A stretch of DNA of 60,047 bases, the filler included, from Sluysia triapertura (Eukaryota), in assembly GCA_046118255.1 (NCBI GenBank). It is 3 parts of 3 records of this genome, joined end to end, with 100 filler letters (N's around TTAATTAATTAA, not from the genome) between each part and the next. Parts side by side here need not be neighbours in the genome. Positions count along the whole stretch, not along the records: positions 1 to 30,762 come from JBJNIA010230676.1; 2 more parts are not named here. One strand, 5' to 3'. The notes below the pieces were generated by a model. That model made no database searches and was not told the origin of the DNA. It was given only the letters and a program-made list of their open reading frames with translations. Both the position numbers and the translations under genes were made by a program. Shown in pieces: positions 1 through 14,829 of the stretch (position 1 is its first letter; each line of letters opens with the position of its first letter).

Positions 1-170
1 AGAGAATGTCAAATTATTGGAAGATTATGAAATATTTAAGAAAAAGGCAAAGTTGTTTCTGTTTCAGAAATATTATAGTGAATGGTTTACCTTAAGCGCT
101 TTTGAGTACTTACTTTGTAGTAGATATGAACGCAATATAAATTAATATATTATATTATTATATTATAAAT
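1..170 (+). mobile_element. L2-clade LINE 3' end (ORF2 C-terminus + 3'UTR), cut by contig start
   Basis: Translates ENVKLLEDYEIFKKKAKLFLFQKYYSE (L2 ORF2 tail-like). Followed by AAGCGCTTTTGAG...CGCAATATAAAT and an AT-rich tail. The family recurs several times in the window. Confidence 0.75.
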
Positions 171-1478
171 CATAGGACAATTATACCAGAGATTTAAGTT
201 TAGATTAGAAACAACAAAAGGGCTCTGAAGAAATAAATAAAAAGTTAATTTTAAAAAGAAAATTCTGAAGTATTTTCGCGGTATAACTTTAGCAAAAAAA
301 TTTTTGTAAGGTGCTTTTACTTGGGTTCTCTGCCATCTACTAGAGGCGAGTGCACCCTAAACTAATTTGCTAGAAAAAAATATTAATAAAATTAAGTTAT
401 TAAAGAAATACTTCAAATTATTTAAAAAATGTAACAAGTATTGATACTTATATAATTCGGAAACAAATAATTATAAAGTTTCGAAAAGTTTGATGATATG
501 CGTGGTTTTGTAAAGAATAAATGCGTTTCCTTGCACTGAGAGACTCGATGTTAAATTTCAGCTTCAATTATCAACAGTACATCAACTCGATGTAACTGAA
601 AATGTAAGTATTAGCTTTAACGCATGGGAAAGATTTAGCAATATTTCTAATGCACGAGATGTACGGGAATTTGGAAAGCAGAATGCCTGGTCCAATTAAT
701 GGTAAGATTAGAAGATAAAATTAGCTACTAATAATATAAAAAAAACCTTGATTAAATAAAACATTTACAATTAATAATAAATCATAATTCTGGTCCTGAG
801 CATTTGAGTTACAGCTGTGTGACCTACTTTCATCAAATCGTAACATTAATCAAGATTTCCGTAAGAAAATTATACTAGTTTTGGTTAATAAATTTTACCA
901 CTCGTATTATTACTAACATTAAATGATTTTTAGTGAAAATGCATATTCACATAAAAACGTCATATTTATTTAATTAATTTTTTTATTGACTATTGGGTTT
1001 AAAAACAACTATAAAATGGCTCTGCTTCGAAATTTTAGATATCTAACCATTATTTTTATGCAATTAAAAATGTCACTACTAAAAATCCATAATATATGAA
1101 AATTAATTGAAATTGATTTTATTTTAAATAATGGGGATTAATTGGAATTCTAAAACAAAATGGCTTCATATTTAATAGCATAAAAAATTAATTTCTTATA
1201 AATATTATTTATGAAATATTTAAAATATTTAAGAATTATAATCGCAAAGTTATTTTATATTTAAAATAAAAAAAAATTTAAATAATTAAAATGTTTAAAT
1301 AATCAAGTTTGACCTTCAATTTATTATTAAATGCAATATAAAATTAAACGATGTTAAAATTAAAATTGAATTATTATTTTTTAGAAAGTGCAATTTAACT
1401 TATTTATTTTCTTAATATAATTTAATTTTTTTAGTTTTTATTAATTATTAAAAAATAAATTATGAATAAAACATAATT

Positions 1479-4400
1479 ATGAATAATAAATTCATATCTC
1501 CGTCAAAGTTTGAATATCATAATTCTTTTGAAATATTAAATTGCTCACCAACGGTGCAGGATTTTCTTGATTATATGCGCTTATTTCATAAAAGTAAGAC
1601 CGCTTGGAGTTCCCACATCATTTCAGTTAGTCTTAATATTAATATTAAACTAATAATCTGATTTCATTTTAGAAGATCATGGAAGAAGAAGAAAAGAAAA
1701 TCGAAGATGGTGAATTGACCTTATGCTCCTTCGAGACATCAAAAAATCGTTATACAAATATTAAACCATGTTCGAATAAAAATCCTTTTTCATAATTGTT
1801 AAATGGAGTTTTTAATTTCAGATGAATTTAATCGAGTTTCGTTGTTATATTGTGATGCAGATAGTGCCTACGTTAATGCTAGTCGTATATGTCCTAAGCA
1901 TCTCGACAAAGATGAATTTATTGAAGCTTCGAAAAAGACAATTCGAAGGTTGGTATGTAATTTCAATGTATTTTCAGAAATGTTTGGCCAATTAATTCAT
2001 AAGATAGTATTTTAAGTTTATGTTGAACCGTATTTAGATAAAACGAATTTATAAGGATTACAAATAAAAGACATTTCCTAATTGCTCTTCAATGGAAAAT
2101 AATACCAAGTATTCGGACTGGATATAGATATCAAAATCTTGATAATTAATAATGTTTTATGCGCATTTCTCGAATGATGAGATAAAATATCACTGGAAAG
2201 GTTAGAAACGGTATCTCATATGATATAATTGATGTTCCATATGTATCTGTAATGTATCACGGTTCGAAGTAAATCAACAAAGACAATTTTTAAGAATTCA
2301 AGATGTAATTTTAAGTGGATTTCATTGTGCATCGGAACACCGCATCTTGTTCATGTAAATCTGGAATTCAGGGTGTTTTATGCATTATTGAAGCTATAGC
2401 GTTACAATTTTTAATTTATAATGTTTATAATATTGCCCTAAAATGAATTTGTAAAACAGATCATTATTGTGAAACATATGAAGATCAACGTTTGAAAATT
2501 TCTTTCTAAACGCAATTAGATCTTTGTAATCTTGTATATCACTACCAATTATTGACATTTTTGTGTCTGAAATTTTTTAAATATGAGTGGCTCGTGGGTC
2601 TAAAGTATCCACAGACACATCTACTCCTTATTGTTATGTAGTATTATGAAGTAAGAGTTCTCGCGTGAAACTATGGCATTGCTAAATGAGTCACGCGATC
2701 GTCAAGAATCAAAGGTTAACGTCAGTCTGACTCAATTCAGAATGTCTATGAATCATCGTCGATGCTTGGTATTAGCAAACAAAAAATATTAACTCTTTTA
2801 GCGCAAATAAGTAAACTGAATAAAAAAGAGAAACAAAATGGATCAAATGTGACAATAGCAACGTTTAGCACTGTAGTTGGACAAGGATAAATAACCGAAA
2901 CACACTCCAAGGCACAATATTCATCGAAAGAAGCTGATGGTGAATGTTTGGTGGTCTAGTGCGGGTGTGATCCATTATGACTTAATGAAACCTGGCTCGC
3001 CGATCACAGCAGAAATATAGAGTAAACGACTAGAGGATGCAAGACCTTACAGATCGACTTCTATCTTGTTGCATGAAAACACTAGACCACACACTGAATA
3101 AACAATCATGACAAAACTTTAAGAATTTGAGTAGAGTTAGGACATGATCATCCGTACTGACAACCACTTTGGGCAACTTTTTACTAGGAAGACAATTTAA
3201 TGCTCACAATTTAACTGGTCTTACAGAAATCCATTGAATACCACCGGCCTGAACAACGTGCCACTTAAATATTTTGATGAATAAAACAATTTTTTTATAT
3301 TTCTTGATCTGATAAAAGTGTACCATAGGTAAAATATTCAAAAATAAATTCATATTTAGTGGGTGCTGCGGTTGTTCCAGTTATTTTATCGCCAGCCAAG
3401 CTCCTTTATCATATGTGAAAGGTGTATATAACTCAACGGTAGCAGAGTTTTGGCGTATGATACTTCAGGAAAATGTGCACCTGATTGTTATGACTACCAG
3501 AACCACAGAGTCGACCTGTAATAAATCTCGTGAACCTTACAAACATTGTTGTCATGGCAGAGAATTATCAGCCCAGTATTGGCCTGAACACGTGAACTGC
3601 TATGTGGATTATAGTGGGGGACTCCGAGTGGTGCTCATGAAGGAGTCGAATTACCATTACTTCTGTGTCCGCAAAATTCAATTGTTATTGGTTGGTTCTA
3701 TATTTCATGTCTTATTTCTGCTTCTTTTATGAACTATTAATAATAAAATTTATTTCAATAGTTAGATTTAATACAGAAATTATTTATTTTTGCACATGAA
3801 AATATGACGCTTTCCACGTGTCGAAAGTGTTGAGAAAGTGGTGATTTTGTTTACTTCGTTATTAAATTTTTTAAAAATTTTGTCACTAAAAAAATTACAG
3901 AAAAGCTAAATTTGGATCTACAGATGGAAAATGTTGTGTGATTCCTTACTTCAATATTCATTAAGTCATATTCTAGAAGCAAAATCAATAATTATAATAG
4001 GTTTAGACCTTGATAAACTGACCTCTTGGGTCCCAAAAAAGGCAAACAAAAATAAGTGAAACAAAAAATTTGTGAAATTGAAATATACAATGACTTAATG
4101 AAGAAATTATTTAATTTTATTTGGGAAAGATTTTTCTTTGGCCCCGAACAAGACAGGTTTGTCGTGATTGTCAATGATTTTTATAGCATTTAAATGGTGA
4201 CATTTTTTATTACCCGTGCGATCGCGACTAATTTTAGCACGACTATCGAAAGTAAGCGCATCATCAAAGCTTAAATAATTGGATGTGTCATTTTTTAGTG
4301 TTTCTGTTTTTTGATTGGTACACAAATTCGAAATATAAAAATTGTCACAGAAATATGATCGAAAATGTCATTGCTATTTTCACATTTACAGAACTGCAAA

Positions 4401-7400
4401 TTGGATTTATCTTCTTTTGTGTTGTCAAATGCAGGAGAAATAATAATATACATTCTCTATCTAATTAAAGGACGAACTTTTATGATTGTGTGAACATTGA
4501 TAATATTTTATCATAACAGTTTACGAAATTATTTATAGTTGATAATAATAATAATATAATAATAATAATAATTTTTGAATATTTTGTATTTTTTATGTTC
4601 GATGCATTTTATTGGATCTCAAAATGATTTATATATGCTACTCGTGATACTTTCAATAGATATCATAAAGTACAACTTGTGGAGAGCTTGCAAACCTTTT
4701 ATGGTCACAAACAAATATACAGATGTAAAAGCTTGATAAAAAGGGCTACTAATAAATTGTTTAAAAAATTCTACTTTATTTATTAATTTGTTATGTTTAT
4801 TTCCCCCAAATAATAATTTATAGGTACTACTTTGACTCTACAAAGCTACACTGCTTAGTGATGAGAAAGAAGGTTGAAGTACATGGGGATCACATTTCAT
4901 AAAAAGTGCCGAGGAAAATATCGATAATTTTATGAAAGTTTTTGCTTATGCATGGTTGTAAATCATACGAGGATTGGAATTAATTGTTGTTTAAGTTTCA
5001 TAACATGGGAATATCAGCTTTTAATTCTAAGAGATCTCTTTTATCAATTAGCTCGATACGTAAATCCTTTAATACTTTATCAATACAACTCAATGTGAAC
5101 AGGTGTTGATGACCAATACTTGAAGTTTTGCTGATGTTTATTGATTCATTTGGATAGGTCATACTCTCAATTAATTGTAGGTCCTTAACACAAGCATGGA
5201 ATTCATCCAGCAACACTTGCAAAACATTACTTACTAGATATTTTCGACAAAAGTATCTTTAATTTACACCTACTTGTGATTCTTGTCCAGATTTACGGTC
5301 ATGATTATCGAATGAAATTGAGAACATACTATCATTTCTGAATATTGCATTTAACCCGCGTAATGCAGCATGTTTCATAATTTCATCTGTGAAACGTTTA
5401 TTTCGATCACAATTCAGCATATCTATTGTTGACATATTATACGATCACATACACTGGAACTCAAACTGCTCATCCTGGAAGGGGAACAACTTCCTAAAAC
5501 AGAAACATACTTGTAGCTTATATTTTTACTATAATTTTAGAACGGATAATTATTGACCACCAATTTTTATTCATTTCTCGTACTTGTTACAGATTTTGTT
5601 TGACAGTATTTTAATATTTTAGTATTTTATTATTTTTAGTATTTTATAGGCCAGTCTAACAGGTGTAATACCAACCACACCTACAAAATTAAATATTAAT
5701 AAAGTTTGGTTAAGCAGTCAATACTCAAAAGCGCATAAAATCACTAGTTATTCAGTTTAGAGAATGTTTCTTTATTTACGTGTATATGAAATGCATATAT
5801 TATCTAATTTACAGTAAGCATCTGTAATTATGTATATGCAGTTAACATAATACACTTGTTTGATATTGCAAATCTTTTATTTTAACGAAAACTTACTTTT
5901 TCCTGAAACTGGAAGAAGTGTATATTGTATTAGATCTTGTAATCAAAATTGATTTTTAAATTGGCTTTTTAATAATACTGATTATAGAATGGTTCTGAAC
6001 AGTGTAAAGTAAAATGTTATTTGAAATATGATTTGTTTGTAATAGAAATGGACCTTCGTTTTTCAATATTATAATTGGATAGTTTGAAAGGAGTAACAAC
6101 AAGGTGTGTTAAAAGGTTTGATAATGTAAAATGAAATATGTGATGATGAATGTGATTGAAGAAGGTAAATATTTTGAGTTGTAAGGTCGATGATTAAGCG
6201 TTATGAATTATGTTTTAAATAAGGCTAGAGGTAAATCTCTGAGAGATTATCCACAGTTATCGACTAGAGATGTTTGAGTACATCAAATGGACAAATAGAT
6301 ATCACGAATTGAATTGAAGAAAATGAATGTTCATTTGTGGATGTAAAGAAGAATCATACAAAGAAAGTATTCGTAAGTGACTGTGTGTGATAATCCATTT
6401 GAATTATTTATCGATTCAATTCAAGAATGGACATCAAATATTCAGCCAACAGAATTTTCTGGAACCGAGAATATCCAATCAAATTTGTATATGTAAAACT
6501 TTAAATTTCATAAATTACTGCAATAATTGACATTGTCGTATTGGGTTGGTGCATAAGTTCGTGTGGTTTTTTACAATTTTGAAAAATGGATATACTGATC
6601 GAGAATAAAAAACATGAAAAAAAATTCCAGATAACCAAAATGAATTTATTAGAAAAGCAAATATCTCAGTCCCAATCGGTGAGATATTCTCCGCCACAAT
6701 CGATCACTTTCTTCCATCGTTCTGACAGTTTGTCAATCCCACTTTTGAAGATGCTTGGCAATTTTTGGTAGAAAAATTCTTCAATCCACGTTGATATAGT
6801 TTCTTCATTTTCATTTGTGAGACCAGAAAGATGGTTCGACATGGAGCGGAAATATAAAAGGAGTAGATTTGTGAAAAATATCACACGAAGCGATAGTTTT
6901 CTTTTCATAAGAGGCTTTGTGGGTGTGGGGAATATGAGAAATCGATTGGTATTCCATATGCTTAATGTTGAACACGCATCATTCAGATGTTCAATTGTAG
7001 ATGAATTCAGTAAAATGGGATAATACATTATCAGACTGAAATCAAGGGTCTCTGAAATGTTTTAATATTGGGATAGTTTTATCGACAAAATTGAGGGTTT
7101 CATTTATATCTTTAACGACTTTAAAGTCGATAATTAAGAGATGTTTGATATTGTTTGAGATTTGTGAAAGTTTATAAATTCATAAAGTGAATATGAAGCA
7201 ATAGATTCGCCAAGTTTTACGAAGTGGCTTATTCACAGAGTTTTTAAAAGAATGAATTATGGGAAACTTGTAGAGGTCCATAAATTGTCTTATTAATTGT
7301 TGTGAGTGTTTCCAAGATGAGTTTAGAACCATTTCAGAGTCTTCTTTACAATTCTGGTTTAATTTTAATGAAAAATTTTAATGTTTAAAATAATCCACGA

Positions 7401-9600
7401 AAAAATATGGTAACAGATTGTGTATGGTTTTGAAAACGGACGATGAGGTGAGTCGCAATATCCGCATTGAAAAAGCAAGTAATCGATATTTCTAACAAAG
7501 GTTTTAAAAATAAATGGAGTCAATGAATGTTATAGAAAATAAACACATTTTTCTAATGTTAAATGTATAAAGTTGTTAAATTATGTATTGATGAATTAAT
7601 ATGGATAAGAGCTGATAAGAATTGGAGAAGGACATCCAAGTGATTGTAAATATGATTGTCGTTAAGATGAGTTGATCTGTAATCAAATATATCTAATATA
7701 GTAGCAGTAGTAGTAGTAATGATGTGTTCGTTTTTTGATAATTCAAATTTTATATTTTTACATTCAAATACCGCGCAATATAGATTAATCGGGAGAAGAA
7801 TATTCTATCTTGATATTGTACGATAAATAAATAGATTCTGATTTTGTTTTGATTCGAATTCAGGCTACCGGATCTCAATTCAATCTCGTCCAACTGCATT
7901 ACACAGCGTGGCCTGATTATGGCGTCCCGGAACCGGAGAGTTTCATGGACTTCTATCGGACGTACGACTTTTATCGACACACATTGTGCAAGGAGTCCCC
8001 GCTGGTCATTCACTGCAGGTAATCTGTGCTAATTGTGTATTCTAGTTAGCTTATTGATATTTGTACTTGCAGTGCCGGTGCAGGACGAACTGGATCTTTG
8101 ATACTGATCAGTCTTGTACTAGATCGAATACAGAACTGCGAAGATCGAGTTCAAATTCTGGAAGTATTTCGAAAATTGAGATTCAATCGATACTGGCTCG
8201 TACAGACTCCAGTAAGTTTATATTGCGCTAACAAGTTGTAGTGTGTGTTTGTGTATGTGTGTTGTGCGAAGAATTATGTAAGTGGAAGGCGTAAAACTAA
8301 AAAATCAGACTTAAACTTAAATCAATTTCTTAATTATTTCATAGTCCTTCTTTATACATTCTATATCTTACAACGTTTATATCATGGAATTCGCAGCCTT
8401 ATTCTTAATTTTAAATCATTCAACTGTTGTAAAATTAACAAAAAATAATTATTTGAAGTGGGCGCGTGTACAATTTCAATATATTACAATTACTACCTCA
8501 TATAAATGCTTAATCACTAAACATGTGTGTAAATATAATAATGTTGGATTTAAAAAATCTTTTTCGACAATAAAACTTAATATGTTTAATTATTTTCTAC
8601 GAAATTTCGAATGTCTTTGGTTACTTTCTTAGTTGTATATATACTCACGTACTTTATATAAACTTATAATAATTATAAAGAATTAGGCTTTTAATGCGAT
8701 ATCTCTAAATTACTTTGTAATAAGTTTCCAACGTTAATTAATACAGACTTTAGTCCTCAATAATACATTAAATATCTTTACTTGTATAAACAATAACTTA
8801 AACTCTATCGTTTTACTATTCACTTAGTACTTGTTTGTGCTACCTAGAAGTCTAAGTTCGGATACTCGTTCTGATGCAGGGAATAGAAACGCAAATAAGT
8901 GTATTGAAGTTTATTTAAATTTAGAATAATCCCAACTGGATTCGATTTCTAAGTCATACTTAACAATGTTTCCTCCCTGTATAAATTAAATAAAAAGTAA
9001 AGCTTTAACAATTTATTATAATGTATCAGTAAAATAAAAAGGTATATTTAAAGTAATTTTTCTATAGAATTAACAAATTTAATTTTAATATTCAATTCCG
9101 AAAGAAGAACAATAAAAACCACTTACTATATCAATACTCAAATGTTCTTGTAGGATCAATAGAAGTCAATAGTTAATTAGCATTGTAGAATCGGTAATAA
9201 TCAGCGATGAAAAATCAATGTTTTAAATAGTCTTGTAAGATTAACAATAGTCTGCTTTTCTTTCACAACGACTTCAGAATTTTCTTCTTTTCTTATATGA
9301 GTATCAACAACTCGAATATTCTTGTAGGATTAATAGTAGTTACTTGTCTTGTATGATCGATAATAATCAGTGTTGAACAACAGACTTATAATTTTTGTCT
9401 GGGAGTTGGTCCTTTTACAGTGCGGATCGTAAATTATTTCAGATATAATTTTTATGTAATAATATTTAATTTTATAGAGTAATAATTTAATAAATGATGT
9501 TTGTATGTGATTCCAATATAATTTTTATACAGTAATATTTAATTTTGTACAGTAATAATTTTGTATAGATACATAGTCATAATATTTTTTAATAATTTTG

Positions 9601-9650
<50 letters not shown>

Positions 9651-10092
9651 AAATGATAGTTATTGCCTCTTAGTTCGGACTTGTATGTTTTACTAAATTT
9701 TAATTATATGCTGTTTATATTAAATTTGACTTTAATATGATTTTTGTCGATTAGAATGCTTTTAAAATCGAGAATGTTATTAATTTTTAATTTTATGATA
9801 GTTTTACTCAATCTCAGTTTAATATAATTTTAAATCTTATAAAATAATTTTTGTTAAAATTTAATACTAAATTGTCTTATGGAATTTTATTTAAAAATGA
9901 TTATTTTATTTCAATCTAAAACTAGAGTGTTATTTGCTATTGAATTTTGAATTTATATTAACTCTATTAAATCACATTTTAAATTGATGAAAAGCATTAT
10001 AATCTTAATGAAACAAATGATTTTATTTTTACTTTAAAAATAATTTTTATTTTAATTAAATTTAAATCAAAAATTAATGAATATTATGTTAC

Positions 10093-10123
<31 letters not shown>

Positions 10124-10745
10124 CTACTACAAAGTAAGTACTCAAAAGCGCTTAAATTCAATCATTCACTATAATATTTTTGTAACAGAAAGAACTTCGC
10201 ATGATAATATTAATATTAATACTGTAAAGCTTTTATTTCTCCTGGGTAAATAGGCCTTTTCCTTCAATAAAGATATGATTCACAAGTATCAATTATTTTT
10301 TATTCATCGAGAATGTCAAATTTCGTTGCTCCTGATTTCGTTATAGCTGCAGGAACAACTTCATTCTGAGCCAGAATTAAAAAAGGTGGGTCCAAAAGTT
10401 CAATGTTTTACAAGTAGTGTTAGGGTAATAAGAAATTGAGAATGTTTATTTTTAAAGAAAGGGATGGGAAAATAAAAGAAGTTTGATAGTATATTAAGTT
10501 AACTTAGATTGAAATTTAAAAATTACTTAATGTAGAGATAAGATTTATTCGGATGGTCAAACTTTCAATCGAGCATTAGAAGCTTATAATAATAATGATA
10601 ATAATAGTAATAATAATGATAATAATAGTAATACTTTATTATTATTTCTATTATTGTTAAGGAACAATTCATTTTCGTACATGAATTTATATTAAAGTAT
10701 CTTCAACAGCACCTGATTGGTCAAAGCTCAGTCAGTTTTGTTTGA
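1479..10745 (+). CDS. Classical protein tyrosine phosphatase, 7 exons, 359 aa if started at ATG 1479
   Basis: Exons 1479-1625, 1673-1769, 1822-1948, 3360-3690, 7864-8018, 8073-8211, 10662-10745. All introns GT-AG, phases consistent, total 1080 nt. PTP motifs occur in order: KNRYTNIKPY, YVNAS, FIASQAP, EFWRMI, QYWP, WPDYGVP, HCSAGAGRTG, LVQTPEQF. The start codon is uncertain. Confidence 0.92.
2700..3290 (+). mobile_element. Decayed mariner transposase remnant in PTP intron 3
   Basis: KKLMVNVWWSSAGVIHYDLMKPGSPITAEI and ILLHENTRPHT match mariner KVMLxVWW...LLHDNARPH motifs. Stops and frameshifts are present. Confidence 0.85.
4998..5493 (-). pseudogene. Antisense coding-like segment nested in PTP intron 4, unknown product
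   Basis: One minus-strand frame runs KLFPFQDEQFEFQ...MLNCDRNKRFTDEIMKHAALRGLNAIFRN...VLLDEFHAC...KADIPML*. Two in-frame stops could be removed by 30-36 nt GT-AG micro-introns or could be mutations. A TTTTAG acceptor precedes it. Confidence 0.35.
6660..6870 (-). mobile_element. Mariner transposase C-terminal remnant
   Basis: YFRSMSNHLSGL...WIEEFF...GIDKLSERWKKVIDCGGEY is the typical mariner C-terminus. Confidence 0.85.
10093..10200 (-). mobile_element. L2 LINE 3' fragment with microsatellite tail
   Basis: Reverse complement of the 3'UTR at 55-125, abutting (AAT)n. Confidence 0.7.
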
Positions 10746-13700
10746 TGTATTATTATGTGTTAAGATGTGTTATTCTATGTTTCAGCAAATATATGCATTT
10801 AGAATTTTTGTATTTACAGTTACAGAAGATTAATTGATGTGCATCGAAAATACACTGCACATTACAAATTGATTACTAGTTTTCATTATACAACAAGCTC
10901 TTGTGGATGAATGTGCTGCTTTGCTTAACTGTAATATGTTTCGATTAATTCTAACGACTGTTTTACTTTATTTTGCATCTTTACGATTGGTTGTATCCGG
11001 ACAGCAGTTTGAGAGATCTGATTGGTTGATTATATTTTATTAGTTGTTGCTAGATTTTGTATAAATGAGTCACTGTCGTCCATTGCCAGGTGGTAACCTC
11101 ATTTTCCGAATAATACGAATCTAGTGCTGTTGACTGTTATTTAATATCGCTAAAAAGTAATTTCCGTAACAGCATTCTTTATCTTTGCCGTTCTTACTAA
11201 ATCTGACTGCAGCCCCTCTGTGTTTTAATACACCGTAATTGATTTTTAATTTCTCGAGACTTATCTATCATTTCACTGTGGAAAACTACAGACTATTTAA
11301 TCACTATCATTTGAGCAATTATTTTAAAAATTAGTCTCAATTTTATGATGTGTTTCATTACTATTTTTAAAAATTTTATTCATTTATTGGAGCAATTGAC
11401 TGAAATGATTTTTTAATAATACTATCTCTTCTTGTTTCGAGACATGATGCACTGAAACACGATCAAATGTGTGTTTTTCAAATGAAGTCATAAAACGTGT
11501 TGTACAACCGCAGAATTTTAAATGTCCATAAGAATTCAAATAATTTAAATGTTATGTAATATTCACATTGATAATGTAAACAGAAATCAAGTAGCTCAGC
11601 ATTGTTCAATAACTAGTTTGAATGAAGATTCAAAAATTTTTGATTGTCTTCCAACAAATCACATTAATATTTTAACGCTCTATTTCATTAATATCGATAA
11701 ATATACCAGAATGTATTCCAATTTGGAATTGTTTCCAAATACCGAAGATAGAGCAAATGTTTCACAATTAACCTAGATGTATTTACTGAAATTTCAATTG
11801 TGTTCAATATCCAGTATTCAATAAATTCAGTACATCAACTCATGGCAACTGAGTTTATTAAAGAATCATAACATATTTAACAGAATTCCCAAGTTAAGTA
11901 ACATATTCTTTAATCATTTAATAGCCCTTCATACATTATATACCTCACAACAGTTACAATCAAGCTATGTATATTGTGGTGGTTCAGCCAATCACAGCGA
12001 TCATATTACATCAATAACAACCATAGACACGAAAAAATAACATGTTTCACTTACACCGTCCCATAACATTACATCGAATCCCATACTTGCACCATCACAT
12101 TTCAGCTATAGTTACAAGATCATACCAAATTAAGTCTTTTTTTTCTAATAAAATTAAATTTTAAGTCAAGCTTTACAATGGAAATAATCCCCATCGTCAT
12201 CTTATCATTGTTGTAGCTCCACACCTTTTCTCATATTTTATGTTTTATTATGCAGTATCATAATATGTCAAATTATATATTGAATTTATGCAATAATTTT
12301 ACGTTTTATTAATAAATTAAAGTAAAGAAACAATTTATTTAAATTAAGTAAAACTGGTCAAAAAGTCGACCTTGATGCTATAAGTAAAATTTTACTAAAC
12401 TTTAGAATGTTTTAAAATGTTACGGGAAAAGAATTTTAAAACGATGCAAGGGCAAGATTTCAAAATGAAGATTAACTTGGACATAATGGACTCAATAAAA
12501 ACAGCACTACCATCATTTAGTGACTGGATCGTCTACCACGTGATTCTAAATGCTTTAGATTGTTGGCATGACGAGTCACATGCAAGACGTTTTAAATGCA
12601 ATGTGCTATAGATGAAAGAGAGAGGTCAATTCATACTGGTGCATGGCAATTTGAAGTGCAGTAGATGCGTAGCAGCCAATGATATAAAGTTTTCACTAAT
12701 TATCGCTTACTTGGTTGAATCCAGATATAATGTCGAACCTAGGGTTCACAATTCAGATTATTTACTACTCTCACTACTCCAAAATTTATAATTAATTTAG
12801 AACTATGTATCAGGAAATTTTGTTTATTTTTTTGTTTTTATATATGATAGTCTGAAATGCGAAAAATGGACCATTGTTACAGATAAATTAAGTCGTGATA
12901 TTATTATTATTATTATTAAAGTGGCACGGTCAATCATGTTACGCGTAGATATTGTGTTTTGCTGTGGCGTTGAGTGTTTAGAATTTGTTATTTATTACAA
13001 CTCGATATTATTATCTCGATCGGCTTAAACCTTTACGATTTCAATAGTCAGTATATCAAGTCTAAAATTGCCGTAATCTTCTTTTATAATGTCTAATTAT
13101 TATAGCAAATTTAAGTTTCTTGAAAATAAAATCAAAACTAATACAATAATGTACTGTTAAATAAAAATCGAAATAGAATTTATTATTATTAATATGAGTC
13201 TTCACTAAATAAAACTAAATGACAAAAATATAAAGTAATGAATGGAGTCTTTCCCTAAATGATATTAAAATACCTTAAAAATGAGAATAAATTTAATATT
13301 TTAAAATAAAATAACGAAGGGGGTTTCCCACTAAACAATAATAAAATACCTTTAAAAAATTTAACAACTTTAAAATTACAAATTTAATATTTTTAAAAAG
13401 AAACGATTATTTTAATAATAAATTAATAAAATTAAAGACCTTACTCTAAGCATGGATTTTCATATCTATCATCATCATTGTCATGGTTGTTATCTCTCAT
13501 CATCCAATCAATTCAGAATTGAAATAATAAATTCATTTACTTTTATAAATGTGGATGAATATCAAAGTTTCAATAATAAATTATACAGAATTCGTAAAGT
13601 TAAGAATAAAATATCATCATCCACGACATATCCACACATATATAATAGTAATTAGCTACAACAGTGCCAGTTCACATTTCGTTGGACCAAACTGTGATGA

Positions 13701-14829
13701 TTAATTAGCCAAATAAAATAAAGAATGATCAGTTGCGAAACATTTTATTATAATTTAAAGAACAATAGTGAATTCGATGTACAATGATAGCATCAAAAAT
13801 TGGTGTCCAAATTAGGAAATTTTGTATGCAAGAAATTGGTTAATTAATGAGACACGTAATGAGTGTTGCTACAGATCACACTAGATTATATCCTGACAAC
13901 GAAATGAATAGATCTGTTCAGCTAATATTGATGATTATTTCCAGGGATTGTTCGTTTATCAAGTAGAGTTAGTTTCATCGGGAACAAATAAAACTTCAGC
14001 GGAAAGAACAAGGTTACAATTAAATTTGGTAAAATTGAATTCTTTATGAAACATCTAAATAAAATTAATGAAATTTAAGTATGTATCGAAAGTATCTCAA
14101 AGTGTAAAACCGTACTATCTAAATCAGTTTGATCAACTGAATTCCAGAAAGCTGCACTTCTACTCAGTATTTTTTATTATATTCTTACTGGACCAACAAC
14201 AAAATATGATGCAAAATTATTTTACTTTTCTACTTATCAGTCAGCAGTACTAATTAATTTTGATGATTTTTGCGTTAAAGTTGTGCTAGATATTAATATT
14301 CTTTATTGAAAAATAGAAGAATAAAATAAAATCTCACTATCAACAGATGTTCTTATTTCTGAACCTATGTGCTGTGTCACTTAATGAACAAATACTTGAA
14401 ACATGTGCACATGCTAATATTTATTTAATTGGAATATCGTCATGATCTTAAATTTCTTTAAATAATTATTTATTATTTTTATTTGTTGAGGCGTGTCAGA
14501 TCCTCGACATCAACAAATTTATACAGGTAGTTTGGGCGACAAATATTAATTATGAGAGATGCATACACAAAATATTATAGTAATTATTATAGTAAATAAT
14601 ATAGTAATTATGTTTGTTATCTAAATTATCAACAATAATCGTGATTAAATGGAAAGATTATGAATGAAGAAGTATAATTGAAAATATAGTTTACATAATA
14701 ATATACTATTTATATTATTATTTTAAGTCAGGGATCCGCTTAAATAACCACAAGTTAAATAACGATAATAAATTTAATAAACAAAAATAGTTTTAATATT
14801 CGTTAAAATTCAATATTTAAATTAACCCT

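Noticed and set aside
560-705. Extra 5' exons of the PTP gene
   Set aside because: Splice-like signals exist, but I could not build an in-frame chain to the 1479 exon.
11500-14000. LINE ORF1 zinc-knuckle and Penelope-like RT traces
   Set aside because: Only faint motifs (YCGG..NH; NIDDYF) among many stops, too weak to call.
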